Below are positions 40,141 to 53,800 of a stretch of 64,000 nucleotides of DNA, piece after piece. The stretch comes from Macrostomum lignano (lineage: Eukaryota). Position numbers and translations under genes: made by a program. Within the stretch, counting starts at the first letter, position 1, and the number at the start of each line of letters is the position of its first letter. The DNA lies in assembly GCA_002269645.1 (NCBI GenBank), contig NIVC01002003.1, positions 62,001 through 126,000 of the forward strand. The letters are read 5' to 3'. The notes below the pieces were generated by a model. It was not told where the DNA came from, did no database searches, and saw only the letters and a program-made list of their open reading frames with translations.

Positions 40141-41858
40141 ACTTTTGCATCTAAGTAACATCCATTGAGCTGTTGTATCCCAGTGCTTCATCATACGCAT
40201 TGGCATCTGGGAAGTCCGATCCGACGAAATCAGAATTTATATTGTATTATGGTATTAGCTTGATTTATTAATTTTTTCTTCTAATAATAAACAGTAATAT
40301 TTGTTTTGCATTGCGTGCTTTGCCTCGTTAAATTAGATTAGATTCCGCGCTTTCCTCTTGTGCATGACGCCACCACCATCATGTTTCTGTCTGGTTGGGT
40401 TTTTGGGGATTTGGGTGGGAAACAACCTGTCGCCATCTCCTTTGTGACACTATTATTTTTCTCTTCTGTTTGGTTCTCTCTTCTCATAAGCTTCTCGTCC
40501 GGTCGATAGAATCAGATAGGTCATCGGTCAAGCGGTTATGCCTGGTTGCTCAAGCAATTCGAAATTGAGGGGGAGAGAGTTCTAAAGTGGAGTTTCAGAG
40601 TTATATGTATATATGCAGGGTAGGCTTTCTTAGCTTCCGTTTGAAACTAAGTAAAATTGGTTTTTGTCTTCAATATGGTTGACCTTTAGCTCTATATAAT
40701 GCAATATACAGCATTGAGGTATTGGATTTGGCTGCAGTTCAGGTCACTGACGATCCCTGTTCTCCGCTCTTCTCCGTACTGTATGTGACTAAGTATGTGT
40801 TTTGCCTCCGTTTACTTTCCTGTCCTTGCGCTTGGAGTGTCCCGGGCCGCGGTCAAAACCTCGGCTGGAACTTCTCCGTCAAGAGTTTTTTTGAAGTGTC
40901 GCTTAATTAGAAATCAGCGAAGGATGATAGAGCACAACACTTTAACTTTGGGTTGCTATGATCCCATGAGCTGTACAAATTATCTAGGTGGTTTGCCTTG
41001 AAATTTGTCAATAGCTTCTTGCTGTTCGTGCTTGCGTGCCTGTGCGCCCGATAATTGCACCTTACTAAAGAACCATCTTATCGCTCAGTGAAGTAGCTAC
41101 CTTAGTCTAAAATAAAATGTTACTTTCAACTATCGCATCTTGTAATTTGTATATGTTTAGTCTATTTGGATTATTAAGACTAGCAATTCTCGCCCCCCCC
41201 TCAGGGAAATAGGGAAAAACAAAGGAGAATGAAAGTCTTTATCAGCGTTTTCATCGTACTTTAAAGCATTACCTCAATAAACTTTCACATTAGAGATTAA
41301 GGATTAAGTTGTTTTTAAGACTACCTTGGTTGTAAATCGTGTCATCAGTCAGTAGTATGTTGCATGAGAGAATCTAGACTGATCTATATACTAGCTATAT
41401 TCCCATTGGTCGTTAATCCAATGTTATTCTTGCACCAGAGATCTGCCTTGCGACGCTCCGCACGCCTCTGGCCAAATCAGCCTCCGCCTTTCATTGGCGG
41501 CAGTTTTTCAGGCCAATAATATTTTTTGACACTGGGGAAATGGCAACTGGAAGAGAGTGGAGAAGACAGAATGGGTTGGGGAGGGGATAGCGGAGATGGG
41601 GTGGGATGGCAAGGTGCCGGATTCCCGACTCATAAGGTGGCGAAGCCTGTCAATATCCTATTAAATCCCCCTTCTGGTATTCGGCGAGTGCGCTTGACCC
41701 AGCGGATTTTAAAACATTCGAGTCTACTGAAGTACCTCAGATCAGATGCGTCAAATTTTTGCATCCGAGCGAAACCTACTGATTATATAATATTGGCTTG
41801 CTGAAGATCTTCAATAGACAATCATATTCTTTTAAAAACCAACTAACAAGCAAAAATC

Positions 41859-44800
41859 ATGGATCGACATCTTCTGTTTACAACAGTTTTCTTCTGCATC
41901 TATTACTGCTGCTTTTTTGCAACTCGTCCAGCTTGGTCTTTGTCGCTCGCGTCAGCTGCAGCAACGCCAGCTGTCTCATCAGCATCTGGCAGTTCGTCCC
42001 CTTCGCTAAGCAGCACTGGTGGCAGCTATTCTCGAAGCGTCAACGCTCTGTCGCCTTTGCCATTTCGGGAAGGTCACGCGTTGAAGAAACTTATCGGTTT
42101 AGACATTCGTCTGCCTTCGCCGCTCCAACCAGTCAGAGCCTATCTAGGTCTGCAGTATGCCGCTGTTGGAAAACTCGACGCTAAGACTGAGCATCGTTTC
42201 GGTCGCTCCGTTGCCACGATGAAGTACAACTATTATCCAACGGAGGGCACGTTCTATTGCAACAGTTTTAAACCGGTTTGTCCTCAGAATAAGCCCAGCT
42301 TAGCCGAAGTTAGGGCCACATCGTCTGCCGCTTACGCCAATCATGTGCAACGGATTCTCCCGTATCTGCGGCATCAAGATGAAGAGTGTCTGTACTTGAA
42401 TGTCTACAGGCCGGCTGAATCGGATACTGCAACAGGTGGTGCTTCGGGTGCTGGTAATGCAAGTGAGTTTGTCTATCAGGGCACGTGTACTGTAATTGAT
42501 TGCAGATGCGATAATTAAATTTGGCAATAACCATTTAGATGCCAAAACTCACGGGGGGGGGGGGTTCTGAAAGGCTGTAGCTCATAAGGTAATCGCTGAA
42601 ATGTCAAGACTAATGAGGGTTGCTCAGATGCCAAGGGTCAATTAGGAGTTTTATGACAGTGAGTGTACGCTCGTACAGGGTCAAAAGCAACATGTAGTTT
42701 TTTTGAGAAAGTTATTTCATTTTTGTTGCTTTCCCAACGGGGGCGATGATTGCTAGTCCATATATACTAAATACTAAGGTATAATGACTGATTTCGAAGC
42801 TGTTTATAACAGTCCGGGGTATAGTCCAGCAAAATAGTACGGTAAACAATTTTATGACCGTTTCGCTTCGTCAATTTAAAAAATTGACTTTATAAATATG
42901 ATTTTAATATTAACACTATCGATCACAGTGGCGTTTAAAAAGTGTCTGGCTGCTTGCGATAACTCTAAAGCAGGAGACATTCAATCGGATTATTCTCTTA
43001 AATATTTCCGCTGGGATAAACTTTTCTAAAGCTGTTTTTCTTTCAGTGACAGTAATATCGTATAATGTTCTCTCTTGGGGATGTCTTAAATTCTGGGGAA
43101 GTCATGCTAAATTTGAAAGCCCAATATAAAAAATATACTGTTTGAGACAACACGCAAATTTATCTGACTGAGAAAAGCTGACATAGAATCGGACATCCAA
43201 ATTTACAAGTTGCAATGTGAGCGTATATTTTAAAGAAGTTGATTAAGATCAATACTGCGAGTAACAAGTCTGACAAGTCATAACTTTCGGCCATAGACTA
43301 CCAAAGCGTATTTTATTTAAGCTTTTTATCTATATCGCAGGAAATAACAGAGACATCCAGAAAATTAAGTTCATTTGACTTTTTCACATCAATTAAGGGT
43401 TACATTATACATACTATATTTTGTTGTATAGAGTCAAAGGCACTTTGTGTCTTACTCATTGATATTGGCTGCATTTAACGATATTATATTGACTTTCAAC
43501 GTTGAATATCTGAATGCCCGTTCTCTAACTTTCCACGACAATCCGCTATACTCATATACGAGTATATCAATTTCACTTTCAGTATAATCAAAATGTAATT
43601 TGCACTTTACATTTTTGCTTTTCTTTGTACCTTCAATTTTAGACACGTACGTAGCAGATAAGGTTTTATAAATTATTTATTATGAACAGTCAGGTTTTTT
43701 TAATGAAAATGGAGATTATATTTTTTATCCCTTTGTTTGTAGTCTAGGACACGTTTGCTTCTACAGAGCATATCGGTATGGGTGATACAGTTCTTCCAGC
43801 TGATTTTTACTGTTGATATATACTTTTGATTGAGTTGGTTGACTGTACAGAGTACACAGATCCGGATAGGAAATAGTAATAGTCAGTCTAATAGGAGAGA
43901 AGGGGTTACGCAGTGAAGCTACTGTTGGCAACTGAGCATGGAGTGGAGAAGAGACTCGCTTGGTTGTGTGTTTCTGTCTTTCTATCTCTGAGGCTACTGC
44001 AAATCGTTTCTGGTCTCTATCCATTCTTATTAATCAATTTTTTGGCCCACGCCATCCGCCGCTCCCGGCCTGTTCTATGGCGTGCTTTTTGAGTCGCAAT
44101 GTCGCCCCCCGCCGCTGCTATTAGACTGCTCCTCTCTTCCACCGGCTGTGCGTATCTGTTCCACCCGGGTTGCCATCCTCCCCTCTGGAAAAGGTCTAAA
44201 AAGTTTACTGTAAAAATATGTCATATATGTTTGCTTTATTGCTATACAAGCTTAGATACCTAAGGTTTTTACACCTAGCGCTTGTACTCTACAGTGATGA
44301 TGCTTGAGTAGGTGAATCAACCGTGTTTTATTCATTCTTAAGGCTGTGTAGCTGTCTTCATAAAAGCTGAGGAATTGATTTTTTTGCAGGAAATCCTAGT
44401 TCTGGGACAATTAGCTTCCGTTATAAAAATATTTGGAAGAGACTTTCACAACTTTCTTTTGTAACGTTTTCTGCAACAACTTTCATCTGAAAAGTTTTCC
44501 TCTTAAGGTGTTTTGTGCGTGTGTTAAAGGAAATGGCGTTACCAGCGCCTCTGTTGTGCTTCCCTATGTACAGTAGCATTTCCCTTCTCCCAAATCCATT
44601 GTACCTATATGCCTGTATTTAAGCTGTTTGCCTTTATTGTAAAGTTTCTCTTTAGCAATTAGTTAAGTGGCCACTATTCATTTATGAACCCATACTGTAC
44701 TTTTTATATTCTAATCACTATTTCGCGGCAAATATTTCAGGCGGAAATGTACCCTTATAGCTCTTGTACTAGTTTTGTTATAAAATAGCATTTTGCTTTG

Positions 44801-47800
44801 ATTTGTCCAATCCTGTTCACTACAAAGGATAATTAAGTGGCCGACGGAATGAATAGCAAACATAAGCGGTATATAAAATAGATAAAGCGTTTGATACATC
44901 AAACTCTATTAGCTATTCTGCTGGGTAATGCTGCTAATTCTGGATAAACTGCATACATGTGAGCGGAGACTAGATCCAGGGGTTGGCAAAGTCCGATCTA
45001 TGAGCCACATGCGACCCACAAAGCCTTTCTACCTGGCCCTCTGGTCCTTTTAAACTTCACAATAGCAATCATGGCCGCTCAAAGTCTTTATCCATTTTCC
45101 TTTCACCTCCTCTCCTCTCCTCCTCTACCTTTCTCCTCTCCTTTTTCCTCGTAATCTCTTCTTACCTCTCGTCTCCCTTTATTCCCTCGCATCTCCTTTC
45201 TTCTATCTCCCTTTTCTCTTCTCTATTCTCTCTTTTTTCTGTCTCCCTTGCAAAAAAGTAAAAGTACGGCAGAATCTGTTAAACTTTACCGGGTACCTAT
45301 TTGAGTCTTTGCAGACCGAAAATCACTTTGTGCTATTTGAGCGCAAAGATTCTACACTCTGAAGTAAAGCTTTGGTGCGCTTGCCAAACTCGCCATGTTC
45401 ATCTGCGTGGCGCACGCGCATAAACAAATTGCTTGGATTGGAATAGGGACCTCGGGGAGATCTTGGAGTGCAACTCACTGTGTGTGTGTGGGTGTGGGTC
45501 TGTGTGCTCGGGACAGTAAAGACAAGAGCAAAAGGAGTGAAGGGGGAAAGAGCTGGGAATTCAGCCTGTGTGCAGTATATATGAGTATATATGAGTAATT
45601 GAAAGAAGAGAAATGCAAATTGAATCGGCCGGCGTGCTCGACTTTCCCTGTTTAGGATCGCGATTAGGTCGGATTTGCGTTTCTGACACACCAGCGAATT
45701 CTTTGTATTGCATTATTATGCCGAACTCGCTGCTTCTGTCTGCTGCTACTAAAAGAGATTTTAGCGCTGGGACCCCATTTATAATGCGGATGAAAATGGA
45801 TCAGCCAAAGCAGGTTGGCAGGTGAATAGGCGAAAAGTAGAGTGGGTGAAAAGTTCATCAGACTATAAGCCATAGAAAATCTCCGCTAGCAATGAAATTG
45901 AAGGCAGCGCTTTTATGTCGCTTAATTCAGTTTAGCGGAAAACAAATCCCTACCTACCGACCGACTGTAGCATTGCGACGTCTGTTGTCTTCTTGGCTTT
46001 CCAGACCGCCCACGCGAGATTTAATATTTTTCTGCTGTTTTGTAATGAACCATTCCCAATGGATTTGAAAGCCAGTAGCGAGATTTCCAACAGAAAAGAA
46101 ATTCAAAATTTACTTTCATGAATGAGGCTCTGTGGAAAGACAAGGGAGGGGGAGAAGGGCTTGCCAATTAATCATAAATCTTGTTTAATATGCTGGCCCT
46201 ATGAATGATAGCTATTTATCTACAGGCCGCAGTGTGCGACGTCTTGGGAATCCGCTGGGAGACGCTCGCTTATTTTTCTGGGGCACAAATATTTGGAACT
46301 TTTATATATTTCGGAAGAGTTCATTCATCCGTACAACTCCCTGACTGACGACTCTGGCGTTAATATAGTTTTGCGCTCGGGTTGGCGGCCGAAGGCGACA
46401 GCGACAGATAGATAGGCTATTGGGAAAGTGGGAGACACTCTGGAGGACATTGGGTCGGAAAAGTGTAAGGAGCGCTAGATAGAGAAAGAGAAAGTAAGAA
46501 TAGAGTAAACCGCCAAAGCAGGAAATGAAGTTCATTTTCCTGGGGTTCCGTCATTGGGCCTCTTATAGCCTTATATACCGGTAGCTATACTAGTTTACTA
46601 CTGTAGTCTACCTACCCTAGTATTTTCCCCTCTTCTTTTTTGTTCTTTGAAATCCTTTTACTCGATTTGTCTATTTTGTCCACCGGAGTCTCGGCAATAT
46701 CTGCATCTAAATTTCTATTTTAAATCGGTTCCTTCTTAAACTATATAATATAGTTTTGGTCGTCTGGCTCCAATACTTGATTGCTTTCCTCTTACTGGTG
46801 CAGTGTTAGCCTTGTACTCGTAAGCGTATTGTAGTAAGCGCTTATTTATTTATTATGCATGTGTATGGCTGGGCACTTTTCCTCCTCCATGTACCAGGCT
46901 TCCAGATTGATGTTAAAAAAGAGAGAAGAACTTCAAGGGAATAAAAAGTTAGGCGGACGGGCTAAGAGTGGTTATACGTCGTAGGTGGGCAGAGAAATCA
47001 CTGAACTTTTCCTTTGTTACTAAGCATGCGGCGACAAATTGGTCCATCAAGAGAAGCGCGCTTGGTAGAGAGTCTTCTCTCTTTTATGGGCCTAAGTTTA
47101 ATAGTCTACCGTAGGCTTCAGTGAGGTATTGAGGCAGTCTGAGAATGGTTGAGAGCGAGAGAGGAAGTGGGAGAGTGGGAACCGCTTTTAGGCATTCGCA
47201 GAAACTTTCCATTTACTTTGTCCGTACTAATATGGATTTTTTCTAAGTCATGCCGCTTATTTTTTTATTCTATTATCAGTCAGAAATCAACTCAAGTTAG
47301 GAACTTATTTCTCCCTGTATTTGTCCTCTATCGAATGATGATGACGTAATCCTCCATATCCTCGATCCGACAATACACACTCTAATTTGCATTCCCAAAG
47401 TCAAATATGCTTTCATTAGTCATCGTATTTGTCAAAAAGAATTTTTCTCCACTTTCGCGGGGCTGTGTCGTGCAGAGTTTCGAGTTGTTTTTCGTGGAGA
47501 GCCTCCTATGAATATGAGAGAGAAATCGAATCGCATGCTGCTTCGTCTATTCCAGAAGAATGATTCATATCGATACTTGAATACAGTCTGACATTTGTTA
47601 ACCTGTGTTTTTTCCTTAGTCTTCTTTAGTACAAGAAATGATTGAATTAAAGCTAGTTTTTTTACTGACTCTCATTCTGCTGTGCCAGTAATTGAAATCC
47701 TAAATCACTGCGCACCAGTGCAGCTATGGGTTTTGACAGTTCGAAAATTAGTTTTTCTTCTGCTTCCAACGGAACACCTTGCCAAGCCGAACATATTGCT

Positions 47801-50800
47801 TGCTTGCGCGGTCTTTTCCGTCACTTTTTACTCCTTTATACCGTCCTTTCACTCGACTTGAGAGTGGACACAGGGACAGTCTTGCTTCCTTCCTGGCAGG
47901 GAGCGGCGTCCCGCAGAGATTTATCCTCCAGGCTAGAAGGGCCGAGAACACGGCTAAGAGGTTGCATCATCGCTTCTGTTGGCTGTTAAAGCGAGCAAAA
48001 AAATTTTTGGTTGTCAATCTTTCTTTTTGCTTTCCAGCCTTAATTCTTCCCGTCTTTTTTCTTGCGCAAATTGAAAACACGCAATTCCCTGAAGATGAAT
48101 TCTGGTAACGGTTTTATTTTGGTTTAAGAGTTTTAAGCTTAGTAACAATGTGCAATATAGGTGTGAATCATTCCTGTCCATTTTGTGTGCGTGTTCTCCA
48201 CGATGACTCAGGCAAGAAACGTATTGCATATTGTGTTTAGTCTTTCACTCTCTTTATCCTTACTTCCTCTGCGATCTAATTGTTTGGTTATTGGGGTGTT
48301 TTTTAGTTTTTTTTCTATTTTCTTTGCCCATATTCCCTCGATGGCTGTCTATGGCCCAAACTATCCTTATTTTACATGTATATACTCGTATATAGGATTA
48401 TAACTTTGTGTGTACGTTTTCCAACTTAGCATGACAAAAGCAATATTAACCAGTGTTAAAGCACTCGGGTTTGGTTTTGTGGGGGGGGGGGTGCACATTA
48501 ATCTGGGACTGCTATGTAAGCATGTGCCTGCGTACGCATCCGTGAGCTTGTTCGTGCTCCGAGGTCAGCAGAATTGACATGAGCAAGTGGACTGACCCCT
48601 TTATTTGCGGCAGCGCCCACAGCTCCACATACTCTGCAAAATGACTTATCTAGCTCGTATAGAAGAAAGAACTGACTTCTTTGCCATATTTCTTTGGGAA
48701 TTATTTTACTAATGAACATATTCGTGTACGAATGTAAATTTCAAGCCTGGCTTCCTGCGTATGTGCAGGTTGTTTAACCTCAGGAGTGTATTATGCCATC
48801 TCATTTGCATTCTGCTTTTTCCTCGCAATCTCTCCTATCCATCTACTGTAGACTCACCTCCCGTTTTGAGTTATGGGCACGTTCGTTTGTCTTCAGCTGC
48901 TGTCTTTTTGGTCATGTAGCTTAAGGTTTGTTATATGACTGATGATATTGATTGAAGTATGATTTGGAATAAAATTTGGCTGCAGGTTATAATATCTTGG
49001 TACTGTTGAATATTTTCTCATTATTTCATTACCTATGCTTATTGCAGCTTGTATGTATACATGTTGGAATCAATAAATTTTCAATCAGCACAGCAGATGA
49101 ACCGAATAACACGCGTGCATATAAATAAATAAATATATGCTCCTGACTGTCTCCTCTACATGCCTCTATCGCTCGCATGATTGTTAATAGAAAAAAAATC
49201 TTATCACATCGACAGTAAATAATGGACAAAAAATGTGCTTCTTTCTTTCTTCCAAAGGGGAAAAAACATTTTTTATTCCGTTGACATTTCCATTGCATCC
49301 GCTGGTTAATCTCCGGGTGCTATTGTGATCTAGTTCCTCCATTACCAGATTAAGTAGGGTTTGATCTTTCATGTGTCCTATTGAAATAGGCCCCTTTAGT
49401 TAGTTACCTTGATAATCTTTCCGCAACATTGTCAGTTCAATAGGAGCATAATATTAGAAGTCGAGGGCATTTTATCGCGAGCAAATTATGCTGTATACCC
49501 ATGGCTTGACACTTTCTCTCCTTTTTGTTTGGTTTTTTTTCATTTCACCCCATGGGGCCCTGTCCTGTCCAGTCAAATCTGCTGCTACTCAAAGCTCTGA
49601 CCATTTGCTAATGAACATTGTCACACAGTCCGCCGCCAACCCCTTCTGTCCTGTTCTCTGTCGCCTTCTCTTTGTCTCGTCTCGCCAAAAATCTCGCACC
49701 ACGCGCATGCATACTTCACTTTGCTTTGCTTTACTGCCTGTTCCGCCCTGACTAAAGAAGTCTGCGTCTCCATCTGGGTTGCTGGGTACCCCTGCTCCCC
49801 CCTTCATTTTTGTTGTCGACCTCCGACTTACCCCCCCCCCCTCATCCAGACTCCTCAGGCCGCCCGCAATTCCTCAATCTCAATCGATGCTGTCAATCAA
49901 GTCTAGGCGGAGAGTGCGCGGTCGTCAGTCTCCTGTGGGCCCACTACAGTATAGCTGCAGCTCTGGACCTCTAATTCCTTTGGCTGCCATCATGCGTTCC
50001 ACTCACACACTCTCAAATTTTCTCCTTTTATCGTGTTATGTTTCTAAAATTCTACCGGAGCTACTCCCGGGTCTCCAGGCTAAGTCAGCATCTCCGCCCA
50101 CTTTGCCCTGCCGCATTGGAGTGAGGGAGAGTTTCACTCAGATGTTGAGGATGTTGAGTTTTTTCTTCAACCAAAGATTCTTCTTTCAACGCTTGTGGAT
50201 AGAGAAAACACTTGTGCACCCCCTACTGAGCTCAATGTCAAGCAACAAAAAAGCCGAGTAAAAAATTGAAAAGAAGAAAAATCTCTTCAAAGAATGAATG
50301 GCGCCAAGTGCAAGTCAAGTTAACTTTCAAAGTGCAAAAAGCCTGGCTTCTGTATTACAAGAAAAAACACTTCTTTCGCCGTTAAGAGCTGTTTACTTGT
50401 ACTATCTTGCAGAGGCAAGCCCCCTTTTCCCTCAAGTTGCTCAACTTATAACTACAGGGTGTGAACGGTTGACATTGGAGACTTGTACAAGTCGTCAAGA
50501 AAGTCAAAACACAAGTCACAACCAGCACGTCTACTAACTCCATGTCTCTTCGTGTCCTCCATCTATTTGGCTAGTGTAGTCAACTTCTAGGAGCTTGTCC
50601 GACTTTATTTTTATTGGCTTTTCCTCATCCACTTCTTACTAGTGCAATACATTATATATTTAACGCTGGTTCGAGGTTGTTTTTAGCTTAGCTTGAATTA
50701 CAGTACCTACCGAACTACTAAAGTTAGCCAGCAATTCCAAAGTGTGATTGCTTGAATAAAAGGATCGAAAAGTTCTGTGTTGGTTTTTAAATAATCGAAG

Positions 50801-53800
50801 ATGACCCGGCATGACCTGACCCTCTCGACTGTTATGTTCCGAATCAGCTATGTGATTATTGTCATTATTCTATAAAGAATTTCTGGTTCTTATTTACCGT
50901 ATCCGTATTTCATCACTATTATTTTTATAAAGCCACCCATTTTATTCGCGCTTGACTAACTTCTCCGCTTTCTTTCCTCTCTATTCAACACCTGACAGAT
51001 GCCAAAGTGTGAATGGTTCTACAGGTAGAAATCGTCCCACACTTTTGCCCCTCCCACCAGTGCCTTTCCGCACTACTTCACCATGCTGCAGCTCTTCCCT
51101 AGCAGTCGCGCCAGTGTAAAATAAACACCCCGACAACCCAATATACTCGCTGGTGGCTGCAGCTGCTAGGTGAATTCATGTCGACCTTAACAGCCAACAG
51201 CCTCTGTTTAAACACCACTAGCCTCTTGTAGAGTATTGGCACTTTAGTGCGCCTGTTGCAGCAGTTGCTTCTCTATTTCTCTTACGCTTCTCCAGTTTTT
51301 TTCGTTAGAGTTTGTTCTATCTGAAAATTTTCTATAAAAGTTTTCTACAGTCTTCACATAGTGGATTCATATGAGTGATTTTTTATTAAAATATAAAATT
51401 TCTATTTTGGGTAACTGTTTCTTTCGCTTATAACTATGCATCTTATCCCACTCTGCACGTCTTTGAACATCAGTTTACACACAGTCTAATTGGTCTTTCT
51501 TCTTTTTTCTAACCCCTGGTTGCACCCACCCACTTCCTGCCCCATGCGCACAAGTTTGTTTGTCTTATCTGTCCATTTCTAACTTTCTAACCCCTTGGCT
51601 GCACCCACCCCACTCTTTGCCCCATGCGCACACGTCTTTTGGTCTTATCTGTCCCTTTCTAACTTTCTAACCCCTTGGCTGCACCCACCCCACTCCCTGC
51701 CCCATGCGGACTAGCTTGTTTGGTCTTATCTGTCCCTTTCTAACTTTCTAACCCCTTGGCTGCACCCACCCCACTCCCTGCCCCATGCGCACACGTTTTT
51801 TGGTCTTATCTGTCCCTTTCTAACTTTCTAACCCCTTGGCTGCACCCACCCCGACTCCCTGCCCCCGTTAAGTAAACCCGCCTAACTCTTATAGTTATAA
51901 GTTATCAGTGGCCTAGGATTTCTTTTACAGTCCGTTTTGTTCCCTTGCCCTAGTTCATCCCACCAGTGCCCAATATGCCACAGCTTCCAACAAGGAATCA
52001 TGGACAGCCAGCATATTTGCATTTTGACGCAATTTCTTTTAGTGTCATAAATCATATTGATTTGATTCTGAATATATAGTCGATACTATTTTATCAAAGC
52101 TAGATATTTGTCAGGGAAGAAAAATGTATATATAAATCAGGTGAAATTCGATCCTTTACACTTGACCAGTTGTCGAATAAATGCCCATATATTCCTACTG
52201 TTTTTTATATATTGGCAACAAATGCTGCTAACACCTGAGATAGCCACTTGCTCTCGCCTCATTAGCAAAAAGCACTAGGCATATAATCCGGCCATGACTA
52301 ATCGCGAATATAATACAATATCCATAATCGCCAATAATAATATATCTCGCCCTAACACCTTGACTAGATCTTTACCTTTATTTGATTTCTCGCACTGCAT
52401 GGGCTAGATCGGGTAACGCTTGATTTATTCCCTCCCTAGCTCCCGGCCTCTATGAGAACTCGGATTTCTCTTCATATCCTCAAACTGGTCAGGCGTGCAA
52501 AAATTATTATTGCTATAAGTATATTGCTAAATCAGATGTAAGAAGCGAATTTCTTTGCATTCATTGCACGCTTCATTTATCTTGTGTCAACTAAAGTAAG
52601 CTAAGATTGGCGATTAATTGTAGTTGTAGCCATGACAACCAGAAATTGTTCTGGAATGTTGATGATGAGACTGCATCTATATGTATAATATTCATCAGTG
52701 TGTGTGTGTATATGTGATTTAGCAATTTTCTTTTCCTAATTCCTCCCATCGAATCGCCTAATTAGGCTTGTTAGTGAGGCTGTTATAATAGAGAGAAAGA
52801 GAGAGAGGGGCAAGGATTACGAATTGAGTGTCTCTACCGGCTGACTGTTGATGCAGGCGCTGGAAAAAATGAATATAAAAAGTAAGGGATGGAGGTGTCT
52901 TTATAGGCAGGAATAGGTTCTTGTTTACTTGAACTTTCCTGGAAAGAAAAACTCTGCGGTAAACGGTTTTTTGAGTTTCAAGCGCCACGACCACCTCACC
53001 CCCTGTGTATATTACATATTACATGTATTACATGTGTGTGTATGAGTGCGTGTCTGTGTACAGTTTGTGTGCTCGTGTGGTTGGACGATGTCGCTAAAAG
53101 TGCGCACAAATCCTGTGAATCTATAATTTAACTAAATGGTTGTTTGCTTGTGTAGCCAGGAATGGATTGCTAGTCTAGCCAATCAAATTTAAAATAGTAT
53201 AATAGTTATAGATTGGATTGATTGGTCATTTAGTTAGTCTTTCGGCCATAGAGTATATTATATCCTATATTCTAAGCTTTAAAGCTTAATTATAACTCGT
53301 ATCAATTAATTGCTGGTTTCTGCTTATTAAATTAAAGTCTGATTATGAGTTATCAATCGACTAGTTTGTTAATCCGCGCACTACTACTGCCCAACGCTTG
53401 GCAACGCTCCTGCTGCTTAGCAACCGTTGCTGCGGTGAAGCGTCATCAACCGTTGATCAAATTTCCCAGTAGGCGAAACGGTGGTGTTGCCTCGTCAACG
53501 GGTAGTCAGCGATCCGCGCGACCGAGCCTGTCAGCCAGCCAATCAGGAAATTGGAAAGAAGATTTCATGACTCTGGAGGCCAGGTACCAGCGACAGCGAA
53601 TCGACGACCGAGAAATTGAAGCCATCAACTCTGGCGGCGCCAGCTTGTACTGACTGACCTGAACTGTGTCACCTGTGTGTGTGTGCGTTCGATGTAGCAA
53701 TTAGTTTCAATACTGTGGCGGATTTGATAGGGGGAGTAAGACAAATTTGTTTTTTGGTGCCATTTTGACGCATTCTGGCGCCACTATCACCTATTTTGCT

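Noticed and set aside
47748-47951. Minus-strand ORF with faint resemblance to transposon nuclease motifs (..YKGVKSDGKD..)
   Set aside because: Too short with no convincing conserved motif; an HMM search would be needed.
43000-53300. Assorted 60-160-aa ORFs in neuroligin intron 1
   Set aside because: No recognisable domains, codon bias or splice-consistent chains.
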